This document shows positions 19,199-28,132 of a stretch of 32,000 bases of DNA, one piece after another. This DNA comes from an uncultured bacterium (lineage in GTDB: Bacteria > Margulisbacteria > WOR-1 > CAVSGV01). The notes beneath the pieces were generated by a model. The model was given only the letters and a program-made list of their open reading frames with translations. It did not search any database and had not been told where the DNA came from. A program made the translations under genes and the position numbers. Every line of letters starts with the position of its first letter. Position 1 is the first letter of the stretch. The stretch covers positions 1,470,001 through 1,502,000 of the forward strand of contig OY969425.1 of NCBI GenBank assembly GCA_963699255.1, given 5' to 3'.

Positions 19199-20092
19199 AT
19201 GTCAAAGCCCCGGAAAAAATTCGATGAACTTGTCAGGATCGTCCGCCGCCTCAGGGCCAGGAACGGATGTCCCTGGGACAGGGTGCAGACCCACGCTACG
19301 CTTAAACCGTACATGGTCGAAGAGGTCTATGAGGCCCTTGAGGCCATAGATCTCAAGGATCACAAAAAACTTGCCGAAGAACTCGGCGACATGCTTCTGC
19401 ATGTGGTCATGCAGGCGGAGATCGGGCGGGAGAAGAAAGAGTTCACGCTTGATGATGTCATCGATTCAATATCCGCAAAAATGATAAGGCGTCATCCCCA
19501 CGTTTTTTCAAATAAAAAGGTAAGATCGGTCGAAGAAGTCTGGCAGAAGTGGGAGGAGATCAAGGGGAAGGAAAAGGCGGGAAAAGGGGAAGAACATAAG
19601 GGAATATTGGAAAGCGTGCCTCAATCGCTGCCGGCGCTGTATCGGGCCGATAAGGTCCAGCGGAGGGCCGCAAGGGTGGGGTTTGACTGGAACAGCATCG
19701 CAGGAGCATGGAGAAAAGTTCACGAGGAAGAAAAAGAAGTGCAAACGCTCCTGCGAAAATCCAAAATCCAAAGCTCAAAATCCAAAATAAATCTCAAATC
19801 TAAAACTCCAAAAGCCAAACAAAAAGAGAGGATCAAAGAAGAATTAGGGGATTTACTATTTGCGATAGTCAATGTATCAAGAAAACTTGATATCGATGCC
19901 GAGGAAGCCCTTCAGGACGCAACTTCGAAATTCATGAGGCGGTTCAAAGGGATAGAGCTTCACGCCAGGAAGTCGGGGCGCCACATCAGCAAGCTGACCC
20001 TTCCGGAAATGGATAAGGTATGGGAACAGGTCAAAAAAGACGAGATGAGACCCGCCTGCGCCAAGGCTTCGGCGGGCAGGGATGGGAGATGA
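19199..20092 (+). CDS. mazG: Nucleoside triphosphate pyrophosphohydrolase MazG, carrying an in-frame heptad-repeat insertion and a hairpin-derived C-terminus
   Basis: 297 aa; LRARNGCPWDRVQTHATLKPYMVEEVYEALEAI, LAEELGDMLLHVVMQAEI, RRHPHVF, KEELGDLLFAIVNVSRKL, LPEMDKVWEQVK. Confidence 0.94.
   Translation: MSKPRKKFDELVRIVRRLRARNGCPWDRVQTHATLKPYMVEEVYEALEAIDLKDHKKLAEELGDMLLHVVMQAEIGREKKEFTLDDVIDSISAKMIRRHPHVFSNKKVRSVEEVWQKWEEIKGKEKAGKGEEHKGILESVPQSLPALYRADKVQRRAARVGFDWNSIAGAWRKVHEEEKEVQTLLRKSKIQSSKSKINLKSKTPKAKQKERIKEELGDLLFAIVNVSRKLDIDAEEALQDATSKFMRRFKGIELHARKSGRHISKLTLPEMDKVWEQVKKDEMRPACAKASAGRDGR
19756..19820 (+). repeat. Intragenic heptanucleotide-period array in mazG
   Basis: AAAATCC AAAATCC AAAGCTC AAAATCC AAAATAA ATCTCAA ATCTAAA ACTCCAA AAGCCAA AC, encoding KSKIQSSKSKINLKSKTPKAK between VHEEEKEVQTLL and the conserved EELGDLLF. 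Confidence 0.85.
20051..20076. repeat. Hairpin CCCGCC-tgc-GCC-aa-GGC-ttc-GGCGGG overlapping the 3' end of mazG
   Basis: Nested inverted repeat read directly; translates as the terminal PACAKASAG of MazG. Confidence 0.85.
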
Positions 20093-20141
20093 AAGATGTG
20101 ACTTTTCTCGCATCTCACACTTCGCATCTCGCATCTCACGT
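20081..20141. repeat. Inverted heptad arrays: GATGGGA GATGAAA GATGTGA, then CTCGCAT CTCACAC TTCGCAT CTCGCAT CTCACGT
   Basis: Three heptads at 20081-20101, then five contiguous heptads of opposite orientation at 20107-20141. Confidence 0.85.
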
Positions 20142-20211
20142 TCTTTTCATACAATGTAAGCTCCAGTATTCTATGTTATAATTACCCAAGTTATTAATAT
20201 TAATCGAAAGG

Positions 20212-22043
20212 ATGCCAATGAAAGACGCCTGGAAAAACCTGTTTTTTTACTTGCTGTTCCTGCTGATAATAGTGTCGCTTCTGGCGCCGTTCTTCGGAAA
20301 CCAGCCGAAAACACAGGAACTTTCCTTTACTGATTTTTTGAACCGCGTTGACCGCCGTGAGATATCTGAAGTGTCGGTCAATGGGGATGTTTTCACCGGA
20401 AAGCTTTCTACCGGCGCGCTTTTCAAGACACGGGCGCTCAATTATCCTGACCTGATCCCCACTTTACGGGGAAAAGGCGTTAACATCAAGGTTGAACAGC
20501 CTTCCGATTCAAGCTGGCTATGGAACCTTATAATACAGCTTGTGCTTCCGCTCCTTTTCTTTGCGGGACTCTGGTGGCTCCTTATGAGGCAGGCGGCAGG
20601 TTCCTCAAGCCAGGCGCTTTCATTCGGAAAGTCCCGCGCAAAGCCGACGCAGGCAAAGATAAAAATAACATTTGCGGATGTCGCGGGAGTGGATGAAGCA
20701 AAAGAAGAACTGAAAGAGATAGTCGAATTCCTAAAGACCCCCAGAAATTCCAGAAACTCGGGGCAAAGATCCCGAAGGGCCTTCTTTTAATGGGTGCTCC
20801 GGGGACGGGAAAGACCCTTCTCGCAAGGGCGATCGCCGGGGAGGCGGGAGTGCCTTTCTTTTCGATATCCGGCTCCGATTTTGTTGAGATGTTCGTCGGC
20901 GTTGGGGCGTCCAGGGTGAGGGATCTGTTCACACAGGCAAAAAAGCAGACGCCCTGCATAATATTCATGGATGAGATAGACGCCGTCGGCCGCCACCGCG
21001 GAGCGGGACTCGGCGGGGGGCATGATGAAAGAGAACAGACGCTGAACCAGCTGCTGGTCGAGATGGACGGGTTCGATCCGAACACGAACATCATCGTGGT
21101 GGCGGCAACGAACAGGCCCGACATCCTTGATCCGGCGCTGCTCAGGCCGGGACGGTTCGACAGGCAGATAGTTCTGGACAAGCCCGACCTTAACGGAAGG
21201 CGCGAGATCTTGAAGATACACGCGAAAGGAAAACCTTTCGCAAAGGACATGGACCTGGATATTATCGCAAGAAGGACGCCGGGATTCACGGGGGCGGACC
21301 TTGAGAACGTGTTGAATGAAGCCGCTATCCTCGCCGCCAGGGCGGATAAAAAGCAGGTAACAATGAATGAGGCAAGCCAGGCTATCGACAGGGTCATCGC
21401 CGGTCCCGAAAAAAAGAGCAAAGTGATATCGGACAGGGAAAGAGAGATAGTCGCGTATCACGAAGTGGGACACGCGCTTCTCGCGAGACTTTTGCCGAAT
21501 GCCGATCCGGTGCATAAGATATCGATACTCCCCAGGGGCCTTGCCCTCGGCTATACCTTACAACTTCCCCTTGAGGATAAGTATCTGGTCACAAAAAGCC
21601 AGGCAATGGACCAGGTGACGGTGATGCTCGGAGGCCGCGTTTCCGAAGAGATGATATTCAACGAGCTGACCTCGGGTGCCCATAATGACCTTGAACACGC
21701 GACAGAAGTCGCAAAAAGAATGGTCTGCGAGTTCGGCATGAGCAGGCTGGGACCCAGGACTTTCGGCAAGAGGGACAGGCAGGTGTTCCTCGGACGGGAT
21801 ATCGGAGAGATGAAAGATTACGGCGGGGAAACAGCGAATGCGATCGATAAGGAAATAAGATACATTATAGATGTGTGCCAAACAAGAGCGAAGAAGATAC
21901 TCTCCGCTAACAGGAGCAGTCTTGTTGCGATCGCAAAGAAAATGAAAGAAGTTGAAAATCTCGAAGGCCAGGAACTGGAGAAAGTATTCAATGATCTGGG
22001 GCTTAAAGCCAAAAACGGCGGCACCGCCAAAAAAACAAAGTAA
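20212..22043 (+). pseudogene. ftsH: ATP-dependent zinc metalloprotease FtsH, interrupted by an apparent 1-nt deletion at 20733-20735
   Basis: N-part (20212..20790) FTDFLNRVDRREISEVSVNG ... [24 protein letters not shown]; C-part (20790..22043) [72 protein letters not shown]. Adding one A to CTAAAG restores [23 protein letters not shown]. Confidence 0.92.
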
Positions 22044-22954
22044 ACCTGAAGAAAAACCGCAGGCCGAAGAAAAGATAATAGAATGCGTTCCAAACTTCAG
22101 CGTCGGGCATGACAGCGCCGTCATCCACAAGATAGTTGATTCGATCAAAGCGTCTTGCGTTGACGTTATCGACCAATCATACGACGAAGACCATAACAGG
22201 CTTGTTGTCACATTTATCGGTACGCCCGAGAAGGTCCTTAAAGCCGCGTACAGCTCCATAGAAACAGCATCCGGCTTGATCGACATCAATAAACAAATAG
22301 GGGTGCATCCGTTCATCGGGGTCGTTGACGTTGTTCCGTTCATCCCCCTTAAAGTCGCAAAGATGAACGATTGCAAAGATATCGCGAAGGCTTTGGGCAG
22401 GCAGGTCGCCGACAGCTTAATGATACCTGTTTTCTTATACGGCGAATCAGCGAGGAACGATAGGTTCAGGCATTTATACAATATCAGGCACGGCGGGCTT
22501 GATCATTTGAGGTCAGCTATAGCAACAAAAGATTTCAGACCAGACTTTGGCGAACCGAAGAATCCACCCGACCGCCGGAGCAGTTGCGATAGGCGCAAGG
22601 TATTTTCTTATAGCGTTCAACGTCAACCTGGATACCGACGATCTTCAGGCGGCGAAAGACATCGCGAAAAGGATAAGAGAAAAGGACGGAGGGCTTCCGG
22701 GAATAAGGGCTCTCGGGGTGCCGCTCAAATCAAAAGGCAAGGTCCAGGTCACCATAAACGTGACACATTACAAGAAGACTTCCCTGAAGGCTCTTATGGA
22801 CAGGGTAAAAAAAGAATGTAACGCAAAGAACGTTCCGATACTTAACACCGAAATTGTGGGGCTTGTTCCAAGGGACGCGACTTTTCCGGGCATGAAGGAA
22901 AACCTTATGCTGGATGACTTTGATGAAGGGAAGATACTGGAAACATACCTGTAA
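21991..22954 (+). pseudogene. ftcD: Glutamate formimidoyltransferase, interrupted by an apparent 1-nt insertion at about 22561
   Basis: N-part KIIECVPNFSVGHD...GVHPFIGVVDVVPFIPL...RPDFGEPK; C-part (22547..22954) IHPTAGAVAIGARYFLIAFNVNLDT. Removing one A from AAGAATCC gives FGEPKIHPTAGAVAIG. Start uncertain; ATG 21991 is the nearest in-frame start upstream of the conserved core. Confidence 0.85.
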
Positions 22955-22993
22955 AATGACCAATGAACAATGACACAATTAACAATTAAGGAA
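22955..22993 (+). repeat. Heptad-like leader array AATGACC AATGAAC AATGACA CAATTAA CAATTAA GG upstream of valS
   Basis: Read directly; 22969-22993 is 24/25 identical to 833-857. Confidence 0.75.
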
Positions 22994-23002
22994 TAATATT
23001 AG

Positions 23003-25705
23003 ATGAGCGAAGAATTATCTAAAATATATGAGCCGAAAATCGTTGAGGAAAAATGGTATAAGATATGGGAAGAGAACGGTTATTTTGCTCCCGATGAATC
23101 CTTAAAAACCCCGCCGTTCGTCATCGTGATCCCGCCTCCGAACGTTACCGGTTCGCTTCACATGGGTCACGCGCTTGATAACACGATCCAGGATATCCTT
23201 ATCAGGTTCAACAGGATGAAGGGTATGAGGGCGCTGTGGGTACCCGGAACGGACCACGCCGGCATCGCGACGCAGAACGTGGTGGAGAAGGAACTGGCCA
23301 AGGAGAAAAAGAGAAAAGAGGATATCGGCAGGGATAAGTTCATTGAGATGGTCTGGAAATGGAAGGAGAAGTTTGGCGGCCAGATAACGCTGCAGCTGAG
23401 GCGGCTGGGCGCATCGTGCGATTGGAAGAGGGAGCGCTTCACGATGGATGCGGGTCTTTCCCGCGCTGTCAGAAAAGCTTTTGTTTCACTGTATAACGAC
23501 GGGCTCATTTACCGCGGAAAAAGGATAATCAACTGGTGCCCGAGATGCAAAACAGCAATCTCGGATATCGAAGTGGAATACACGGAAGAGAACGGCAAAC
23601 TCTGGCACCTGAAGTATCCTGTCGAGGGGTCGAATGAATTCGTTACTGTTGCCACCACAAGACCCGAGACGATGCTCGGAGATACTGCCGTTGCCGTCAA
23701 TCCATCGGATGCGAGATACAAACGTTTTATAGGCAAGATGCTTGTTCTTCCGCTTGTCGGAAGAAGGATACCTGTGATAAAGGACGACTTTGTCGATCCA
23801 ACTTTTGGGACCGGCGCGGTCAAGGTCACTCCCGCCCATGACCCGAATGACTATGAGATAGGGCTGCGGCACAATCTCCCCCAGATAATAATGATGCATC
23901 CCGACGGGAAGGCCCATGTCAGCCATTTCCCGAAAGAAGAACAAAAAGAGATCGCCTCATATGAGGGGGTCGACCGGTTCAAGCTGAGGGATATCATCGT
24001 GGCTGACCTTGAAAAGGGCGGATATCTGGAAAAGATCGAGGACTACAAGAACAAGATCGGCAGATGCTATCGATGCAAAACTCTCATCGAGCCTTATCTC
24101 TCAGACCAGTGGTTCGTCAGGATGAAAGACCTTGTCAGGCCGGCCATACAGGCCGTTGAAGACAAGAACATCCGGTACATTCCCGACCGCTGGACAAAGG
24201 TTTACTTAAACTGGATGGAGAACCACCGTGACTGGTGCATATCCAGACAGATATGGTGGGGGCACCGCATTCCCGCTTGGGAATGCAAATCCCAAATCCC
24301 AAATCCCAAATCCCAAACAAATCCCAATGACCAAATCCCAAATCCCAAAAAGGGCTGCGGAAACATCATCGTTTCGGAAGAAGCTCCGACAAAATGCCCG
24401 AAGTGCGGCGGAACGAATTTAGTCCAGGATCCGGATGTACTGGATACTTGGTTCTCATCGTCGCTCTGGCCGTTCTCGACCCTTGGCTGGCCCGAACAAA
24501 CCAAGGACCTAGAGACATATTATCCGACAACTGTTTTGGTTACCGGATATGACATTATCACTTTCTGGGTTTCAAAGATGATCGTTATGGGCCTGAAGTT
24601 CATGAAGAAAGAGCCTTTCTCAAAGATATTCATTCACGGCCTGATAAGGGATATTACGGGCAAGAAAATGAGCAAATCGATCGGCAACGTGATAGATCCT
24701 CTGAACGTCATAGACAGGGTAGGGGCTGACGCGCTCCGCTTCTCCCTGATATCGCTGATCTCCGGACAGGGGCAGGATATCAAGTTGTCCGAAGAAAAGA
24801 TCACCGAGGGCCGCAACTTCAGCAATAAGATATGGAACGCGGCAAGGTTCATATTGGGGAAGGTATCGGGTATCAGGCATCAGGGATCAGGGTTTGCGGA
24901 CAAATGGATATTGAGCAGATATAACAAGATGATCAATGAGATCACTGAAAAACTGGAGGAATTCGACCTTGGGGAAGCCGCGAGAAAGCTTTATGATTTC
25001 ATCTGGAGCGATTTCTGCGACTGGTACCTGGAAATGTCGAAGGTCGACGCATCCGAAGAGGTCCTGTTGGAAGTTTTTGAGGGCACAATGAGGCTGTTAC
25101 ATCCGTTCATGCCTTTCATCACGGAAGAAATATGGCAGAAGTTAGAGATCAGAGATAAGAGATCAGAGATTGGAAACGCGAAACATGATAAGACGATAAT
25201 GCTTTCCCACTGGCCGAAGGCGGACAAGTCCTTGATCAATGAGAACATCGAGGATGAAATGGCCGTTGTTAAAGAGATAGTCAGGACGATAAGGAACATC
25301 AGGGCCACCTTGAACATTCCGCATTCAAAGGAACTTACCGCGTATATTTCGACGGGAAAGAAGATCGGCGCTGACCAGGTGAAATACCTGACATCGCTCG
25401 CGAGGCTCGAGAAGCTGGATATATCTTCAAAAACAAGCACAAAGATAGAAGGATCAGCAACAGCTGTCCTTCCAGACATAACCATTCATATTCCGCTCAA
25501 GGGCATAATCGACCTGAACAAGGAAGTTGACCGGCTTAAGGAAAAGATCGTTAAACTTGATGAGGAGATCGATAAAGTAAGACAAAGATTATCGGCGAAC
25601 AATAACGTTCCCGAGGACGTCCTGGATGAGTGGAAGGGCAGGGAGCAGGAGTTCTTAAAGCAGAAAGAAACGCTTCAGGACCAGATCAAGTCTCTGACCG
25701 CGTAA
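23003..25705 (+). CDS. valS: Valyl-tRNA synthetase with three short in-frame repeat insertions
   Basis: 900 aa; PPPNVTGSLHMGHALDNTIQD, GTDHAGIATQNVVEK, TARPETMLGDTAVAV-type motif (TTRPETMLGDTAVAVNP), DVLDTWFSSSLWPFSTLGWP, KMSKSIGNVIDP. Confidence 0.98.
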   Translation: MSEELSKIYEPKIVEEKWYKIWEENGYFAPDESLKTPPFVIVIPPPNVTGSLHMGHALDNTIQDILIRFNRMKGMRALWVPGTDHAGIATQNVVEKELAKEKKRKEDIGRDKFIEMVWKWKEKFGGQITLQLRRLGASCDWKRERFTMDAGLSRAVRKAFVSLYNDGLIYRGKRIINWCPRCKTAISDIEVEYTEENGKLWHLKYPVEGSNEFVTVATTRPETMLGDTAVAVNPSDARYKRFIGKMLVLPLVGRRIPVIKDDFVDPTFGTGAVKVTPAHDPNDYEIGLRHNLPQIIMMHPDGKAHVSHFPKEEQKEIASYEGVDRFKLRDIIVADLEKGGYLEKIEDYKNKIGRCYRCKTLIEPYLSDQWFVRMKDLVRPAIQAVEDKNIRYIPDRWTKVYLNWMENHRDWCISRQIWWGHRIPAWECKSQIPNPKSQTNPNDQIPNPKKGCGNIIVSEEAPTKCPKCGGTNLVQDPDVLDTWFSSSLWPFSTLGWPEQTKDLETYYPTTVLVTGYDIITFWVSKMIVMGLKFMKKEPFSKIFIHGLIRDITGKKMSKSIGNVIDPLNVIDRVGADALRFSLISLISGQGQDIKLSEEKITEGRNFSNKIWNAARFILGKVSGIRHQGSGFADKWILSRYNKMINEITEKLEEFDLGEAARKLYDFIWSDFCDWYLEMSKVDASEEVLLEVFEGTMRLLHPFMPFITEEIWQKLEIRDKRSEIGNAKHDKTIMLSHWPKADKSLINENIEDEMAVVKEIVRTIRNIRATLNIPHSKELTAYISTGKKIGADQVKYLTSLARLEKLDISSKTSTKIEGSATAVLPDITIHIPLKGIIDLNKEVDRLKEKIVKLDEEIDKVRQRLSANNNVPEDVLDEWKGREQEFLKQKETLQDQIKSLTA
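24287..24352 (+). repeat. Intragenic heptad array in valS, insert 1 (66 nt)
   Basis: Seven exact AAATCCC copies (24287, 24294, 24301, 24308, 24319, 24333, 24340). Encodes KSQIPNPKSQTNPNDQIPNPKK between AWEC and GCGNIIV. Confidence 0.92.
24862..24892 (+). repeat. Intragenic heptad array in valS, insert 2
   Basis: GGTATCG GGTATCA GGCATCA GGGATCA GGG, encoding VSGIRHQGSG. Confidence 0.85.
25145..25172 (+). repeat. Intragenic heptad array in valS, insert 3
   Basis: GAGATCA GAGATAA GAGATCA GAGATTG, encoding EIRDKRSEIG. Confidence 0.85.
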
Positions 25706-26495
25706 TATCCCCAAGATCGCTAATTATCTTTTGAACCCTTTTGATATCCTTGGCCTTTCCGCTGTCATCAATGTCAATGAACACCCCGTTGAACAGCCCT
25801 GGGCCTTTATCTTCCGGCTCGAACCGCTCCGGAATGGACAAAAGGAACCTCTTGATTATCTGTTCCTTCTGCACGCCGATTATTGAATCGTACGCTCCAA
25901 CCATTCCCGCGTCCGTTATAAAGGCCGTGCCTTTAGGCAGGATCCTTTCATCCGATGTCTGGATGTGGGTGTGAGTGCCGATGACCACGGAAACTTTTCC
26001 GTCCATGTACCAGGCGAGCGCGTTCTTTTCGGATGTTGCCTCCCCGTGAAGATCGACCAGTATTATCGGTGTTTCGGCCTTCATTTTTGATGCGATGGAA
26101 TTCGCCGCCTGGAACGGGCAGTTCACGCAGGACATGAACACTCTTCCCAGCAGGTTCATGACGCCGTACTTGACCCCGTTCGCCGAGAAAACATCGAAGC
26201 CCTTTCCCGGAACGCCCTCAGGGTAATTCGCCGGCCGCACGAGGTTCGGGCACGAAGAAATGTCCGGAAGGAATTCTTTCCTGTCCCAGATATGATTCCC
26301 CGTTGTTATGACATCGATGCCCATGTTCATGAGCTCGTCGTAAACTTTTTTGGTTATCCCCACACCCGCGGCGGAATTCTCGCCGTTGGCTATGACAACA
26401 TCCGGCAGGAGCTCTTCCCTGAGTTTCGGGAGCAGGTTCCTTACGATGGCGCGTCCCGGCCGCCCAACAATATCCCCTATGAAAAGTATCTTCAT
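25686..26495 (-). CDS. ymdB: YmdB family metallophosphoesterase (TIGR00282-type)
   Basis: 269 aa; [87 protein letters not shown]. Confidence 0.95.
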   Translation of the reverse strand: MKILFIGDIVGRPGRAIVRNLLPKLREELLPDVVIANGENSAAGVGITKKVYDELMNMGIDVITTGNHIWDRKEFLPDISSCPNLVRPANYPEGVPGKGFDVFSANGVKYGVMNLLGRVFMSCVNCPFQAANSIASKMKAETPIILVDLHGEATSEKNALAWYMDGKVSVVIGTHTHIQTSDERILPKGTAFITDAGMVGAYDSIIGVQKEQIIKRFLLSIPERFEPEDKGPGLFNGVFIDIDDSGKAKDIKRVQKIISDLGDITRSET

Positions 26496-28039
26496 TTTGC
26501 CGTGTCCGTCGCCCTTGTTTCCCTGATGACGGTCACTTTCACCTCTCCCGGATATTCAAGTTCTGCCTCGATCTTTCTTGCGACGTCATACGCCAGTTTT
26601 GCCGACATGACATCATCAAGCTTATCCGGCTGGACGACGATCCTTACTTCCCTTCCTGCCTGGATGGCGTAGCACTTTTCAACGCCTTCAAAGGACATGG
26701 CGACTTTTTCAAGATTCCCCAGCCTCTTGATGTAGGCTTCCAGAGTATCTCTTCTGGCGCCGGGCCTTGAAGCCGATATAGCGTCCGCGACCGCGACTAT
26801 CACGGCTTCCGCGGTCTTTGCTTCCACGTCCCCGTGGTGCGCGGCTATCGCATGGAGCACTTCATCTGATTCTCCGGCTTTTTGCGCGAACGTCACGCCC
26901 AGTTTTGTGTGGGTCCCTTCGGCGTCCTGGTCGATCGCCTTTCCTATGTCGTGAAGAAGACCGGCCCTTTTCGCCAGCTTGATGTTCACTCCGAGTTCTG
27001 CGGCGATCATTCCGGCGATCTTGGAAACTTCTATGGAGTGCTGGAGAACGTTCTGGCCGTAGCTTGTCCTGTACCTTAAGCGTCCCAGCATTTGTATCAG
27101 GACCGGCGGGAGCCCGTGGACGTCCGCTTCAAAAGTAGCGCGCTCGCCGTGTTCCCACATCGCGGCCTTCAGTTCTTCTTTTGACTTGTTGTACATTTCC
27201 TCTACCCTGGCCGGGTGGATCCTTCCGTCGGCAATGAGCTTCGTCAGCGTCAGCCTTGCCGTTTCCCTTCTCACGGGATCGAATCCAGAAATGATCACCG
27301 CCTCGGGAGTATCATCCACTATAAGGTCGACCCCCGTCAGAGTTTCAAAAGCCCTGATGTTCCTTCCTTCGCGCCCGATGATGCGTCCTTTCATTTCCTC
27401 GTTCGGAAGCTCCACGACCGTGACCGTTGATTCGACAACGTGGTCGACCGCGCAGCGCTGTATCGCGGTCGAGAGTATCTCCTTTGCCATCATTTCAGAA
27501 TCCTTTTTCAGCTGCTCTTGCTTTGCCTTTATCAGCAGTGCCGATTCGCGGTCCACATCCTTTTCAAGGTTCTTTAAGAGTGTCCTCATACCTTCCTCAC
27601 GGGTCAAGCCCGACACTTTTTCAAGTTCCTTCAGGTGCTTTATCCTGAGCTCTTCAAGCAGAGCCCTGACCTTTACCAGGTCATCCTCCGCGGATTTCAG
27701 CTTCCTTCTCGCTTCCTCTATGTTCTTCTCCCTTGCGTCAATGCTCTCTTCCCGCTGGAGCAGACGTTTCTCAAGGTTGAAGAGTTCCGCCTTCCTTTCT
27801 TTTGTTTCGCGATCGAAATCCTGCCTCTGCTTGAGCGCCTCGTCCTTTGCTTCGAGTATCGCTTCTCTTCTTTTTGTCTCGGCATCGCGCTTTGAATCTT
27901 CAATAATCCGCTTTGCCGTTTCCTGCGCGACGCGTATTTTCTGCTCCGCCATGTTCTTCCTGATGATCAGGTAGGCCACGAGAAGCGCAAAAACTATCAA
28001 CGCCAGCAGCAAACCGTATATAAAACCGATAAGATTCAT
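26492..28039 (-). CDS. rny: Ribonuclease Y
   Basis: 515 aa; N-terminal TM segment and coiled coil, KH domain [17 protein letters not shown] domain [17 protein letters not shown]...[23 protein letters not shown]. Confidence 0.97.
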   Translation of the reverse strand: MNLIGFIYGLLLALIVFALLVAYLIIRKNMAEQKIRVAQETAKRIIEDSKRDAETKRREAILEAKDEALKQRQDFDRETKERKAELFNLEKRLLQREESIDAREKNIEEARRKLKSAEDDLVKVRALLEELRIKHLKELEKVSGLTREEGMRTLLKNLEKDVDRESALLIKAKQEQLKKDSEMMAKEILSTAIQRCAVDHVVESTVTVVELPNEEMKGRIIGREGRNIRAFETLTGVDLIVDDTPEAVIISGFDPVRRETARLTLTKLIADGRIHPARVEEMYNKSKEELKAAMWEHGERATFEADVHGLPPVLIQMLGRLRYRTSYGQNVLQHSIEVSKIAGMIAAELGVNIKLAKRAGLLHDIGKAIDQDAEGTHTKLGVTFAQKAGESDEVLHAIAAHHGDVEAKTAEAVIVAVADAISASRPGARRDTLEAYIKRLGNLEKVAMSFEGVEKCYAIQAGREVRIVVQPDKLDDVMSAKLAYDVARKIEAELEYPGEVKVTVIRETRATDTAK

Positions 28040-28060
28040 TTAACTCTACCTCCTCATTTA

Positions 28061-28095
28061 CCCGCCTCTGCCCGCCTTAGGCGGACTCTGGCGGG
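28061..28095. repeat. Nested hairpin CCCGCC-tctgc-CCGCC-tta-GGCGG-actct-GGCGGG
   Basis: Inverted repeats read directly in the gap between recA and rny. Confidence 0.85.
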
Positions 28096-28132
28096 ATTTT
28101 TCCCGTCCTTGACCGCTTAAGCGCGGACCTTG

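Noticed and set aside
20725-20800. Programmed frameshift in ftsH
   Set aside because: The local sequence CTAAAGACCCCC lacks a canonical slippery heptamer, and three other genes show similar 1-nt lesions, so a sequence error is simpler.
21558-22481. 307-aa minus-strand ORF
   Set aside because: Antisense to ftsH and ftcD, whose plus-strand frames have clear family motifs; the antisense product is Ser/Phe-rich shadow coding.
24287-24352. CRISPR-like array
   Set aside because: The repeat unit is 7 bp without regular spacers, so it is a tandem short repeat rather than CRISPR.
24135-24504. Two small minus-strand ORFs with GIWDLGFGI-like periodic peptides
   Set aside because: These are the reverse reading of the AAATCCC array in valS, not independent genes.
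27186-27974. 262-aa plus-strand ORF
   Set aside because: Serine-rich product antisense to the coiled-coil region of rny; a composition artefact.
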